Shown one piece after another: positions 1-9,644 of a DNA stretch of 64,000 bases (positions are counted from its first letter, which is position 1; each line of letters starts with the position of its first letter). The stretch comes from an uncultured Gemmatimonadales bacterium. Lineage in GTDB: Bacteria > Gemmatimonadota > Gemmatimonadetes > Longimicrobiales > RSA9. A program made the position numbers and the translations under genes. The notes under the pieces were generated by a model. That model had not been told where the DNA came from. It did no database searches and was given only the letters and a program-made list of their open reading frames with translations. The stretch is taken from assembly GCA_963816355.1 (NCBI GenBank), contig CAWFKH010000003.1, positions 1,376,001-1,440,000 on the forward strand. The letters run 5' to 3'.

Positions 1-2
1 AC

Positions 3-794
3 GGGCGGGCGATCGAGGACGTGCTGCGCATGACGCGCGACGCGTTCCGCGGCCTCGACCTCTCGGCGGCGGACGTGGTGGCGACCTGGGCGGGAATCCG
101 ACCGCTCGTCGCGCAGCCGGGTCGCAGCACGCGCGACACCTCCCGCAAGGACGAGATCTGGGAGAGCCCGGAAGGGCTGATCACGATCGTGGGCGGAAAG
201 CTGACGACGTACCGCGCCATGGGAGAGCGGGTGATGCGCCGCGTTCTCGCCCGCCTCGGCTGCGAATTCGGACCGGACCGCACGCGGGCGGTCGCGCTCC
301 CGGGCGCGCTGGGGACCGCCGACGCTCCCGATGGCGGCGGCGCCCGCGGGCGCGGCGGCACGGGAGGGGGCGCGGCGCTCCCGCTGCAGGAGGCGGTTCG
401 CGCGCGCGTGCGCGAAATCGGTCACGATCTCGAGGTGGCCGGCGTCGCGCGGGGCGCCGCGGAACGGATCGGCTGGCTCTACGGATTGCGCGCGGAGCGT
501 CTGCTCGACTACGGCCGCGAGGATCCGCGCTGGCTCGACGCCCTCGGGGCGGAGCCGGCGGTGCGCGGCGAGGTGCGGCTCGCGATTGAGGAGGAGATGG
601 CGACGACGCTCGAGGACGTACTCGACCGGCGCACGTCGCTGCTCATCTTCTCCACCGACCAGGGTCGCTCCGCCGCGCCGGACGCGGCATCGATCCTGGC
701 GGAGCGGCTCGCCTGGGACGAGGGGCGCGTGCGCTACGAGCTCGACGCCTACCGCGCGCTGGCGGCCGAGCACGGACCGGTGGCCGCGACGTGA
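3..794 (+). CDS. glpD: FAD-dependent glycerol-3-phosphate dehydrogenase, C-terminal part (5' truncated by window)
   Basis: Motifs WAGIRPL, SRKDEI, GGKLTTYRAMGE and EMATTLEDVLDRRT of the GlpD/DAO C-terminal domain. Confidence 0.85.
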   Translation, partial: GRAIEDVLRMTRDAFRGLDLSAADVVATWAGIRPLVAQPGRSTRDTSRKDEIWESPEGLITIVGGKLTTYRAMGERVMRRVLARLGCEFGPDRTRAVALPGALGTADAPDGGGARGRGGTGGGAALPLQEAVRARVREIGHDLEVAGVARGAAERIGWLYGLRAERLLDYGREDPRWLDALGAEPAVRGEVRLAIEEEMATTLEDVLDRRTSLLIFSTDQGRSAAPDAASILAERLAWDEGRVRYELDAYRALAAEHGPVAAT

Positions 795-867
795 GCGCGG
801 TGGAGCACGGACCGATCGTCGCGGCTCGACCGCGGCCGATCCCGACGACGAACCAGCGGAGAGACGA

Positions 868-2283
868 ATGCGGATGATGATCCCGATCCTGACTGCGACG
901 CTCACCTCGGCCGCGGGGCCGGGCGCCCTGGCGGCGCCGGATGCGGTGGCGGCGCCGGATGCGGTGGCGGCGCCGAATGCGGTGGCGGCGCCGAATGCGC
1001 CGGCGGCGCCGGATGCGAGGACGGCGTCCAGCCCGCTCGCGGTGGACAGCACCTATCTGCTGCGGCCGGCCCGGGTCTTCGACGGGAACGACATGCACCA
1101 GGGATGGGCGGTGCTGGTGCGCGGCGAGCGCATCGCGGCGGCGGGGCCGGCGTCGTCGATCGAGCACCCGCCCGACGCGACCGTGGTGGACCTGCCGGGC
1201 GCGACTCTGATGCCGGGCATGATCGAGGCGCACTCGCACCTCTTTCTGCACCCGTACGACGAGACTTCGTGGAACGACCAGGTGCTGAAGGAGCCGCTCG
1301 CCTACCGCACGGCGGAGGCGGTCGCGCACGCGCGTGAGACGGTGCGGGCCGGCTTCACGACCGTACGAGATCTGGGGACCGAGGGCGCCGGCTACGCCGA
1401 CGTCGGCCTGAAGAAGGCGATCGAGGACGGCGTCGTATCGGGGCCGCGCATGCTCGTGGTGACGCGCGCGATCGTAGCGACCGGCAGCTACGGGCCGAAG
1501 GGATACGCGTTCGACGTTCCGCAGGGGGGCGAGGAGGCGAGCGGCGTCGAGGAGCTGACGCGCGTGGTGCGCGACCAGATCGGCCACGGCGCGGACTGGA
1601 TCAAGGTGTACGCCGACTATCGGTGGGGGCCGCACGGCGAGGCGGAGCCGACGTTCACGCTGGAGGAGCTGAAGCGGATCGTCGAGGTCGCCGCGAGCAG
1701 CGGGCGCGTGGTCGCCGCGCACGCCACCACGCCGGAAGGGATGCGCCGGGCTGTCCTCGCCGGCGTCCACACCGTCGAGCACGGCGACGCCGGCACGCCG
1801 GAGGTGTTCCGGCTGATGAAGGAGAAGGGCGTCGCGCTGTGCCCGACGGTCGCCGCGGGCGACGCCGTGAGCCGCTACGCCGGCTGGAACGGCGGCGAGC
1901 CGCTGCCGCGCCGCATCGCCGAGAAGCAGCGCACGTTCCGCGAGGCGCTCGACGCCGGCGTCACGATCTGCGCGGGGGGCGACGTGGGGGTGTTCACGCA
2001 CGGCGACAACGCCCGCGAGGCGGAGCTGATGGTCGCTTACGGAATGCGCCCGATCGACGCGCTGCGCTCGCTCACGTCGGTCAACGCGCGCGTCCTGCTT
2101 CTCGCCGACAGTGTCGGGACGATCGCGGCCGGCAAGCTGGCCGACCTGGCGGCGGTCGACGGAGACCCGAGCGGGGACATCGCGGCGATCGGGCGCGTCG
2201 CCGCGGTGATGAAGGGTGGCACGCCGGTGTGCGGCGCGAGCCTGGGCGCGCCTCCGTGCCGGCGACAGGCGGAGCCCCGGTGA
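868..2283 (+). CDS. Metal-dependent amidohydrolase (Xaa-Pro dipeptidase-like), probable signal peptide
   Basis: PGMIEAHSH, GFTTVRDLG, IKVYA, AAHA, EHG and GGD metal-ligand motifs; ATG at 868 after GGAGAG. Confidence 0.85.
   Translation: MRMMIPILTATLTSAAGPGALAAPDAVAAPDAVAAPNAVAAPNAPAAPDARTASSPLAVDSTYLLRPARVFDGNDMHQGWAVLVRGERIAAAGPASSIEHPPDATVVDLPGATLMPGMIEAHSHLFLHPYDETSWNDQVLKEPLAYRTAEAVAHARETVRAGFTTVRDLGTEGAGYADVGLKKAIEDGVVSGPRMLVVTRAIVATGSYGPKGYAFDVPQGGEEASGVEELTRVVRDQIGHGADWIKVYADYRWGPHGEAEPTFTLEELKRIVEVAASSGRVVAAHATTPEGMRRAVLAGVHTVEHGDAGTPEVFRLMKEKGVALCPTVAAGDAVSRYAGWNGGEPLPRRIAEKQRTFREALDAGVTICAGGDVGVFTHGDNAREAELMVAYGMRPIDALRSLTSVNARVLLLADSVGTIAAGKLADLAAVDGDPSGDIAAIGRVAAVMKGGTPVCGASLGAPPCRRQAEPR
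931..1017 (+). repeat. In-frame 18-bp tandem repeat, about 5 copies (AAPDAV/AAPNAV linker)
   Basis: gcggcgccg(g/a)atgcggtg repeated. Confidence 0.9.
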
Positions 2284-2379
2284 GCCTCGGCTCACGACCC
2301 GGGGAGGGGGCGGATCGAGGACGGCCCGCCCGTCTTCGCGAGGCTCCGCCCCGAGTAGCCGCGGCGGTCGGGCGGCTCG

Positions 2380-3507
<1,128 letters not shown>

Positions 3508-3536
3508 TCGTGGCTCCGGGCTGGAGTGCGAAGACC

Positions 3537-4265
3537 TCAGACGCGGCGCCCGAGCGGTGCGCTCAGGCCGTACGCCTCGAGGAGATCGGGATCGGAGAGC
3601 AGCGCCGGCAGCGGGCCGTCGCTCACGACGCGGCCATCCGCCATGACGACGGCGCGATCGCACAGCGCCTCGGCCGCGCCGAGGTCGTGCGTGGCGACGA
3701 GGAGGGTTTCGGCGCGCGCGCGCAGGATCTCCACGACGCGACGGCGCGCCCGCGCGTCGAGTCCGTTGGTGGGCTCGTCGAGCGCCAGGAGAGGTGGCTG
3801 CGACACGAGCACCGTGGCGAGCGAGGCAAGGCGTTTCTCGCCGCCGCTCAGGTGATGCGCGGCGCGGTGCTCGCGGTCGCGCAGACCCAGCGCCTCGAGT
3901 TGCGCGTGGGCGCGCGCCTCCGCCAGCGCGCGGGTGCCCCCCTCGTTGAGCGGACCGAACGCGACGTCCTCGAGGAGCGTCGGCAGAAAGAGCTGGTCGT
4001 CGGGATTCTGGAAGACGAGGCCAATGCGGCGGCGCGCATCCCGCGCCGTCGCTTCGGAAACGACGATCCCGTCCACCTCCACGCGGCCGCGCGCGGGCGA
4101 CAGCAGACCATTGAGCTGGAGCAGCAGCGTGCTCTTCCCTGCCCCGTTCGGACCGAGGAGGGCGACACGCTCCCCGACCTCCACGGCGAAATCGACGCCG
4201 TCCAGAACGGCCGCGCCGCCCGGATAGGCGAAGGCGAGGTCGACGACGCGCAGCAGCGGCGGCAT
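3537..4265 (-). CDS. cbiO: ECF transporter ATPase (CbiO/NikO)
   Basis: GPNGAGKST, FQNPDDQL, LSGGEK, DEPT; adjacent to cbiMQ. Confidence 0.9.
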   Translation of the reverse strand: MPPLLRVVDLAFAYPGGAAVLDGVDFAVEVGERVALLGPNGAGKSTLLLQLNGLLSPARGRVEVDGIVVSEATARDARRRIGLVFQNPDDQLFLPTLLEDVAFGPLNEGGTRALAEARAHAQLEALGLRDREHRAAHHLSGGEKRLASLATVLVSQPPLLALDEPTNGLDARARRRVVEILRARAETLLVATHDLGAAEALCDRAVVMADGRVVSDGPLPALLSDPDLLEAYGLSAPLGRRV

Positions 4266-4269
4266 GCGA

Positions 4270-5028
4270 CTACGCCGCGGACACGACGACGGCGGCGACC
4301 ACCCCGGCGAGCGCGGCGAGCGCCGCGGCGGAGCGGCCGTCGAGCGGGTGCGGATCGAGCGACGGCATCGTGCCGGCGTAGCCGCGCGAGAGCATCGCCC
4401 TGTGGATGCGCTCGCTGCGCGCGAAGCTGCGCGTGAGTGCCGCGGCGGCGATGCCGAGCAGAAGAGTCCTCCGCTTCACGGCACCCTCGGCGGCGTTGCG
4501 GCTGCGAGCCGCTCGCCGGAGCTGTTCCACCTCGTCGTTCAGGACATAGAGGAAACGGTAGGCGAGGCCGAGCGTCGTCGTCACGACGTCCGGCAGCCGC
4601 AGCGCCCGCAACGCCTCCACGACTTCGGTGAAGCGCGTCGTGCTGACGAGGAGCGTCGCCGCACCGAGCGCGGCGGCACCGCGCCCGAGCGTGGAGCCGA
4701 AGCGGACGAGGCCGGCGTCCGTGATCGGGATCGGTCCCACCCGCAGGAGAGGACGGCCCGGCGCCAGCGCGAGGACCGCGACCGAAACGAGCGCGACGAA
4801 GGCGAGCGGAGGCGCGAGGCGAAGCAGGAAGACGCGCGCCGGGATGCGCCCCAGCGCCGCGAGCACCGCGACGAGAAGCAGCAAGGCGGCGATCTGCGGC
4901 CACGCCCCGAGCGGCAGCACCGCGGCGCCCACGGCGACGGTCGCGGTCCCCAGCAGCCGCGCCACCGGAGCGACCGAGGTCAAAGGAGAAGGTACGTCGG
5001 CGTAGCGGTCCAGATGGTGGAAGCTCAT
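4270..5028 (-). CDS. cbiQ: ECF transporter T component (CbiQ/NikQ)
   Basis: Hydrophobic; YRFLYVL, ARSR and RSERIHRAMLSRGY motifs; ATGA overlap with cbiM stop. Confidence 0.9.
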   Translation of the reverse strand: MSFHHLDRYADVPSPLTSVAPVARLLGTATVAVGAAVLPLGAWPQIAALLLLVAVLAALGRIPARVFLLRLAPPLAFVALVSVAVLALAPGRPLLRVGPIPITDAGLVRFGSTLGRGAAALGAATLLVSTTRFTEVVEALRALRLPDVVTTTLGLAYRFLYVLNDEVEQLRRAARSRNAAEGAVKRRTLLLGIAAAALTRSFARSERIHRAMLSRGYAGTMPSLDPHPLDGRSAAALAALAGVVAAVVVSAA

Positions 5029-5945
5029 GCGCTGCGGTGGTCGCGCGCGGTGGCCCGGAAGAGAAGCCAGCCGACGAGGAAGACGACCGCCACCCCGATC
5101 ACCGCCGCGACCCAGGCGCCGCCCAGGGGGGCCGCGTAGTCCGCCAGCGGCGCATGAACGCCCACCGAGGCGCGACGAACGCCGAGGCGCACCGCGGCGG
5201 CCTGCAGCGCGTCCGGATCGCGCGAAGCGACGTAGCCGGCGAGGACCGCGACGACGAGAGCGACGGCGACGCCAACCCACGCCCACCGCCGCGCCGCGGA
5301 GGCGGCCACGGGCCGCTCCGCCAGCAGCTCCGGCCGCGCGCGCGTGGCGAGCGACAGGATCGCGACCGTGAGGCCCGCCTCCCCGAATCCCACGATGAGG
5401 TGGCCGCCGAGCACCACCAGCAACGCGGAGCGCAATGGAAGGACATCCGAAAGCGAGAGCTCGAGCGCGGCGGCGAGGCCGATCAGCGCCGCCGACACGT
5501 AGGCCGCGGCGCCGGCCGCCGCGAGACGGCGGCGGGCGCCGACGCCCAAGAAAAGCAGCACGCCGCGGTACACAAGATAGCCGCCGCCCGCCCCAAGAAC
5601 CGCCATGTTGAGGGTGTTCGCGCCGAGCGCCGCGATGCCGCCGTCCTGGAAGAGCAGCGCCTGCACCAGCAGGATCGAGAAGATGGCCAGCATCCCGACC
5701 CAGGGGCCGGCGATCACCGCGACGAGGACGCCGCCGAGGAGGTGGGCGCTCGTGCCCGCGCCGAGGGGGAAGTTGAACATCTGGGCGGCGAAGACGAAAG
5801 CGGTCAGGGCGCCCAGCAGAGGCGCCTGCCGTTCGCGCAGCGCGCTGCGCGAACGGCGGGCGGCGACGGCGAGCGCCGCCGCGCTCGCCGCCGCCGTGCC
5901 CGTCAGGACGGGAGGACTGAGGAATCCGTCCGGGATGTGAGCCAC
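5025..5945 (-). CDS. cbiM: Co/Ni ECF S component CbiM/NikM fused to a PDGLE-like (N) domain
   Basis: N-terminal AHIPDGFL; FAAQMFNFP, GTSAHLLGG, QALLFQDGG..ALGAN; C-terminal ASRDPDALQ between TM helices. Confidence 0.9.
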   Translation of the reverse strand: MAHIPDGFLSPPVLTGTAAASAAALAVAARRSRSALRERQAPLLGALTAFVFAAQMFNFPLGAGTSAHLLGGVLVAVIAGPWVGMLAIFSILLVQALLFQDGGIAALGANTLNMAVLGAGGGYLVYRGVLLFLGVGARRRLAAAGAAAYVSAALIGLAAALELSLSDVLPLRSALLVVLGGHLIVGFGEAGLTVAILSLATRARPELLAERPVAASAARRWAWVGVAVALVVAVLAGYVASRDPDALQAAAVRLGVRRASVGVHAPLADYAAPLGGAWVAAVIGVAVVFLVGWLLFRATARDHRSA

Positions 5946-5953
5946 GGCACGCG

Positions 5954-7531
5954 CTATTCTTCCTGTTTGGCCGCCAGCGAGAAGAGCTGCTTCTGCGTCT
6001 TGCCTTCCTTCAGATAGCGGATCGCCGTCTGGAGCTGCGAGTCGAACGGTGCGTTCAAGCGGAACGCCGCGGAATCGCCGAACGCCAGCGTCGCCACGCG
6101 CTGTTCGATCATCCGGTCGACCAGGTCCGCGGCCTCGTCGTACGTAGGTTGCGGCAGGTCCACGCCCTTCTCCCGCAGCCGGTGCATGAAGTCGGTGCGC
6201 CACGCGGGGGGCACCTTGAATCCCGGCTTCACCCGCCCCTTCAGATCGAGGGCCATGTCGTAGAGCGCCACGTACGCCTCCTGCGAGTGCGGCCCGACGG
6301 CGGTCATGAATGCCTGCTCGTTCGTGGTCAACGTGTCCGGCTGGACGGCGACGTCCGGCACGATGCCTCCGCCCCCGAACACGACGCGCCCCTCGTCAGA
6401 GCGGAATTCCGGCCGCGGTCCGGTCGCCGTGTCCGCCTCCGCCTGCGACTCCGTCGCGTCCGGATCCTCCGTGTGGAGACCCCGGCTCTCCCGCTGAATC
6501 GAACGCCCCGCCGGCGTGTACCACTTGCCCGTCGTCAGCTTCAGCGCCCAGCCCTGCTGCAGCGGATAGACCGTCTGGACCAGCCCCTTGCCGAACGTGG
6601 TCGAGCCGACGACGAGGCCCCGGTCGTGGTCCTGCAGCGAGCCGGTCACGATCTCCGACGCCGATGCCGTGAAGCCGTCTGCCAGAACGACGAGCGGCGC
6701 GTCCGGCACGAGCGGCTGCCGCTGTGCGCGGTACACGTCCGGATCCCGGTTGCGGTAGCGCACGCTGGCAAGCTCCTGCCCCGGCGCGAGGAACAGGTCC
6801 GCGATCTGCAGCGCCTGGTCGAGGCTGCCGCCCGGATCCCCCCTCAGATCGAGGACGTACGCGCGCGCGCCTTCGTGCGAGAGCCTGACGATCGCGTCCG
6901 CCACCTCCTTCGCCGACGTGTCATTGAAACGCTGCAGAGGGACGTAGCCGATGCCGTCGTCCAGCACGATGGCGAACGGCACCGCCGGAACGTGGATCAC
7001 CGCCCGCGTGAAACGGGTGCGGATCGGTGCAGCGACGCCAGCTCGGTCGAACGCGACGTCGACCGGAGTTCCCGGCTGCCCGATCAGGCTGTCCGACACC
7101 TCCTTCAGCTTCCAACCCTTCACCACGTGCCCGCTCACCTCGACGATCCGATCGCCCGGCTGCACGCCGCCTCCCTCCGCCGGCGTGTTCGGGAAGACCT
7201 TCGTCACCGTGACCGAGCCCTGTTGATTCTCGATCTGCATCCCGACACCGCCGTAAGCGTTGCCCAGCGCCTGACGCTGGAAATCCGCGAGCTGCTCGGG
7301 AGAGAACAGGTCCGCATACGGGTCGCCCAGGTTGCCCACCAGCCCCCGCGCCGCCCGCTCGTACAGCTCGTCCACCGGCGGCGACTCCACGCCGTCCTGT
7401 GCGACCCGCGCCAGCACCTCCGAGAACAGGCTCTCGCCGTTGCCGCTGTGCCGGCCCTGCAGCAGGAACCCGCCGACGAGCGTCGGCAGTAGAACGAGAG
7501 GTAGGACCGCCAGCTTCCAGTTCTTGCGCAT
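5954..7531 (-). CDS. S41 C-terminal processing protease (PDZ plus S41)
   Basis: GGVGMQI PDZ, DLRGDPGG, TASASEI catalytic Ser, FGKGLVQ catalytic Lys; N-terminal signal or TM helix. Confidence 0.93.
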   Translation of the reverse strand: MRKNWKLAVLPLVLLPTLVGGFLLQGRHSGNGESLFSEVLARVAQDGVESPPVDELYERAARGLVGNLGDPYADLFSPEQLADFQRQALGNAYGGVGMQIENQQGSVTVTKVFPNTPAEGGGVQPGDRIVEVSGHVVKGWKLKEVSDSLIGQPGTPVDVAFDRAGVAAPIRTRFTRAVIHVPAVPFAIVLDDGIGYVPLQRFNDTSAKEVADAIVRLSHEGARAYVLDLRGDPGGSLDQALQIADLFLAPGQELASVRYRNRDPDVYRAQRQPLVPDAPLVVLADGFTASASEIVTGSLQDHDRGLVVGSTTFGKGLVQTVYPLQQGWALKLTTGKWYTPAGRSIQRESRGLHTEDPDATESQAEADTATGPRPEFRSDEGRVVFGGGGIVPDVAVQPDTLTTNEQAFMTAVGPHSQEAYVALYDMALDLKGRVKPGFKVPPAWRTDFMHRLREKGVDLPQPTYDEAADLVDRMIEQRVATLAFGDSAAFRLNAPFDSQLQTAIRYLKEGKTQKQLFSLAAKQEE

Positions 7532-7740
7532 GAACTCCGCTCTTTCCTTCGAGATACAGCGCCCGGCCAGATGGGCTACGGCGACGATTTCGGGCACCCC
7601 CAAAGGTAGGTGCGCCTCCGCAGCCGCGCCAAGCCCGTTGTCTCGCAACCTTCCCTGATACCGTCGCGTGGGCAGCGGGATCCCTGAAGACTCGCTCTAG
7701 CCCACGATGGGAGCGCGCCTCGCCTCGCTGGCGGCCGACG

Positions 7741-7809
7741 GCGCACGTCGCGGCGGCCCGGCGGCGCACGTCGCGGCGGCCCGGCGGCGCACGTCGCGGC
7801 GGCCCGGCG
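7741..7809. repeat. Perfect 23-bp tandem repeat x3
   Basis: gcgcacgtcgcggcggcccggcg at 7741, 7764 and 7787. Confidence 0.95.
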
Positions 7810-7829
7810 CGTCACCCCCGTCAAAAATG

Positions 7830-7859
7830 TTGCATCGACCGACGGGCCTCGGCTACTCT
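7830..7859 (+). promoter_or_regulatory. Candidate sigma70 promoter
   Basis: TTGCAT-N18-TACTCT upstream of the ATG at 7915. Confidence 0.35.
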
Positions 7860-7914
7860 TGGCCGCCATCTCTCAGGGCGACGACCGCCCCGTCGCAATC
7901 GCCTCCAGCGAACC

Positions 7915-8532
7915 ATGACCGCGATCGAACTCTCTGCCGACCTCGGACTGGTCACGCTCTGGCTGCTGACCGCCAACATCCTCCTCGGCCTCTTGCTGGG
8001 CGTTCGCTACAATCCCTGGACCCATTGGCCGCACCGGCGCTTCAACTACTTCGCCATCCACAACTGGACCGGCTACATCGCGCTCTGTTCGGCCGCGCTG
8101 CATCCCGCCCTGCTCCTCTTCTCAGCGACGGCCGATTTCGGAATCGGCGACTGGTTCCTGCCTCTCGGCCTCGTCAAGCAGCCGCTGGAGGCGACCGCGG
8201 GGTCTGTCGCGCTCTACCTGGTCGCCGTCGTCGTCGTGACGTCGCACTTCCGGCGCAGACTGACGCGGGAGAAGTGGAAGACACTCCACTACCTCGCGTA
8301 CGTCGCGGCAGCCCTCTTCTTCGTTCACGGCCTCTTGATGGACCCGCACCTGGAGGGAAGACCCGTCGACTGGATCGATGCCGAGAAAGTCAGCGTGGAA
8401 ATCTGCGCTGCTGTCGTCGCGGCGGCATCGCTGTTCCGCTTGCGTTTTGCGTTGCGCAGACGGGCGGCGGGCGTCAGGCGACCTCCAAGGCGTTTGCCTC
8501 GGAAGCGGCGATCACGCCCGGCGACGGAGTAG
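7915..8532 (+). CDS. Ferric-reductase-like transmembrane (heme b) protein
   Basis: Multi-TM; paired His (IHNWTG...LHP; LHYLAY...VHG); VTS..RRRL...WKTLH motif. Confidence 0.75.
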   Translation: MTAIELSADLGLVTLWLLTANILLGLLLGVRYNPWTHWPHRRFNYFAIHNWTGYIALCSAALHPALLLFSATADFGIGDWFLPLGLVKQPLEATAGSVALYLVAVVVVTSHFRRRLTREKWKTLHYLAYVAAALFFVHGLLMDPHLEGRPVDWIDAEKVSVEICAAVVAAASLFRLRFALRRRAAGVRRPPRRLPRKRRSRPATE

Positions 8533-8580
8533 GCGGGAAGGAATTCAAGTCGGGGCGTAGGGGGTGGCCAGGGAAGAAGA

Positions 8581-9559
8581 CCGTACGCCACTGTTCGGAG
8601 AAAATGTGGGGCGCCCGAAGCGCTATGGGACCGCCCCCGGGAAGACGAGATCTTCGCAGCATGGACATCTCGCTCAATCCGGTCGCGGCGCCAACCCTCC
8701 TTCAGGAAATCCGCGAGGCCCGATTCTGGGGCGGCGTCCGCTGTCCGCGCTGCGGCGCTTCGCACGTTCACCGCTGGGGAACCTTCGCAGGTCGACAGCG
8801 CTACCGCTGCTGCGAGTGCCGACGGACCTTCAGCGACCTAACCGGCACTCCAGCCGCGTACATCAAGAAGCTCCACCTCTGGAGTCAGCAAGTTGGCTTC
8901 ATGCGACATGGCTGGAGCCTTCGCAAAACGGCCACCCACCTGGGCATCCACGTATCCACGGCGTTCCGGTGGCGCCATCTCATCCTCGGCGACCTGCGCC
9001 CACGCGCCACTTCACGGACGCGCCTCGCCGGTCTGATCGAGCTCGCTGGCGTGCGTCTGGGACGCCGTCACGTCTTCCTCGCCATGGATCGACGCGGGGA
9101 AACGATCTCGGCCGGGCTCGGCGGCCGTGGCCGGATCTCGGCCGGAGAACTCGAGCAGCTCCTGGTAGACCGAGTCGCGTCAGCTCCCATCTTTTGCGCG
9201 AAGCATGGCCGCTTCGGACCCGCCGCGATACTTGCGCGGCGCATGGGCGGCCGCTTCGTATCTGCGTCGGCCGCTGTGGCGCGAGTCGAGCGCTCTGTCG
9301 TTCACTTGCGGGAGGTTTCCGCGTACGGTCGCCGCCTCGTCCGTTGGATCGCCCGGTTCCGCGGCGTCGGCGACAAGTATCTGCCAAACTATCTTGGTTG
9401 GCATGATCGTCTCGACGCTGATCATCGCCGGGGCTTTCGGGCCAGCGCACTCCACTGGCCGATCGCGGACGCCTTCGGCTGACGAGATTCCAGCGCCGAG
9501 CGCAGGCCGACGTATGGGCTCGCTCGTTACCCACACTTCCGGCGAACAGACACGTACGG
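8581..9559 (+). mobile_element. Degenerate IS1595-family element with imperfect terminal inverted repeats
   Basis: 8581-8610 versus the reverse complement of 9530-9559 match at 23/30 (cores ctgttcg and tgtggg); encloses a transposase-like ORF. Confidence 0.65.
8661..9482 (+). CDS. IS1595-family transposase-like protein, catalytic residues apparently lost
   Basis: Zn ribbon CPRC...YRCCEC; HTH SLRKTATHLGIHVSTAFRWRH; C-terminal RFRGVGDKYLPNYLGW. Confidence 0.8.
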   Translation: MDISLNPVAAPTLLQEIREARFWGGVRCPRCGASHVHRWGTFAGRQRYRCCECRRTFSDLTGTPAAYIKKLHLWSQQVGFMRHGWSLRKTATHLGIHVSTAFRWRHLILGDLRPRATSRTRLAGLIELAGVRLGRRHVFLAMDRRGETISAGLGGRGRISAGELEQLLVDRVASAPIFCAKHGRFGPAAILARRMGGRFVSASAAVARVERSVVHLREVSAYGRRLVRWIARFRGVGDKYLPNYLGWHDRLDADHRRGFRASALHWPIADAFG

Positions 9560-9644
9560 GTGCGGCGGCGAGACCCGCTTGCCGACCACTCCGACACGAT
9601 CCGGCGCCCGTTCGGTTCCGTCGCTCTTGGCCCGGCGCGACCCT

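Noticed and set aside
331..867. Long N-terminal extensions in the ORF track (also 13496..16744, 26856..28445, 28866..30737, 33250..34866, 54943..56835)
   Set aside because: They overlap neighbouring real genes; downstream starts fit family N-termini and RBS positions
7532..7700. Possible cobalamin riboswitch upstream of the S41-cbi operon (AGGGAA present on the minus strand)
   Set aside because: No recognisable B12 box or CCCGC/ACTG core
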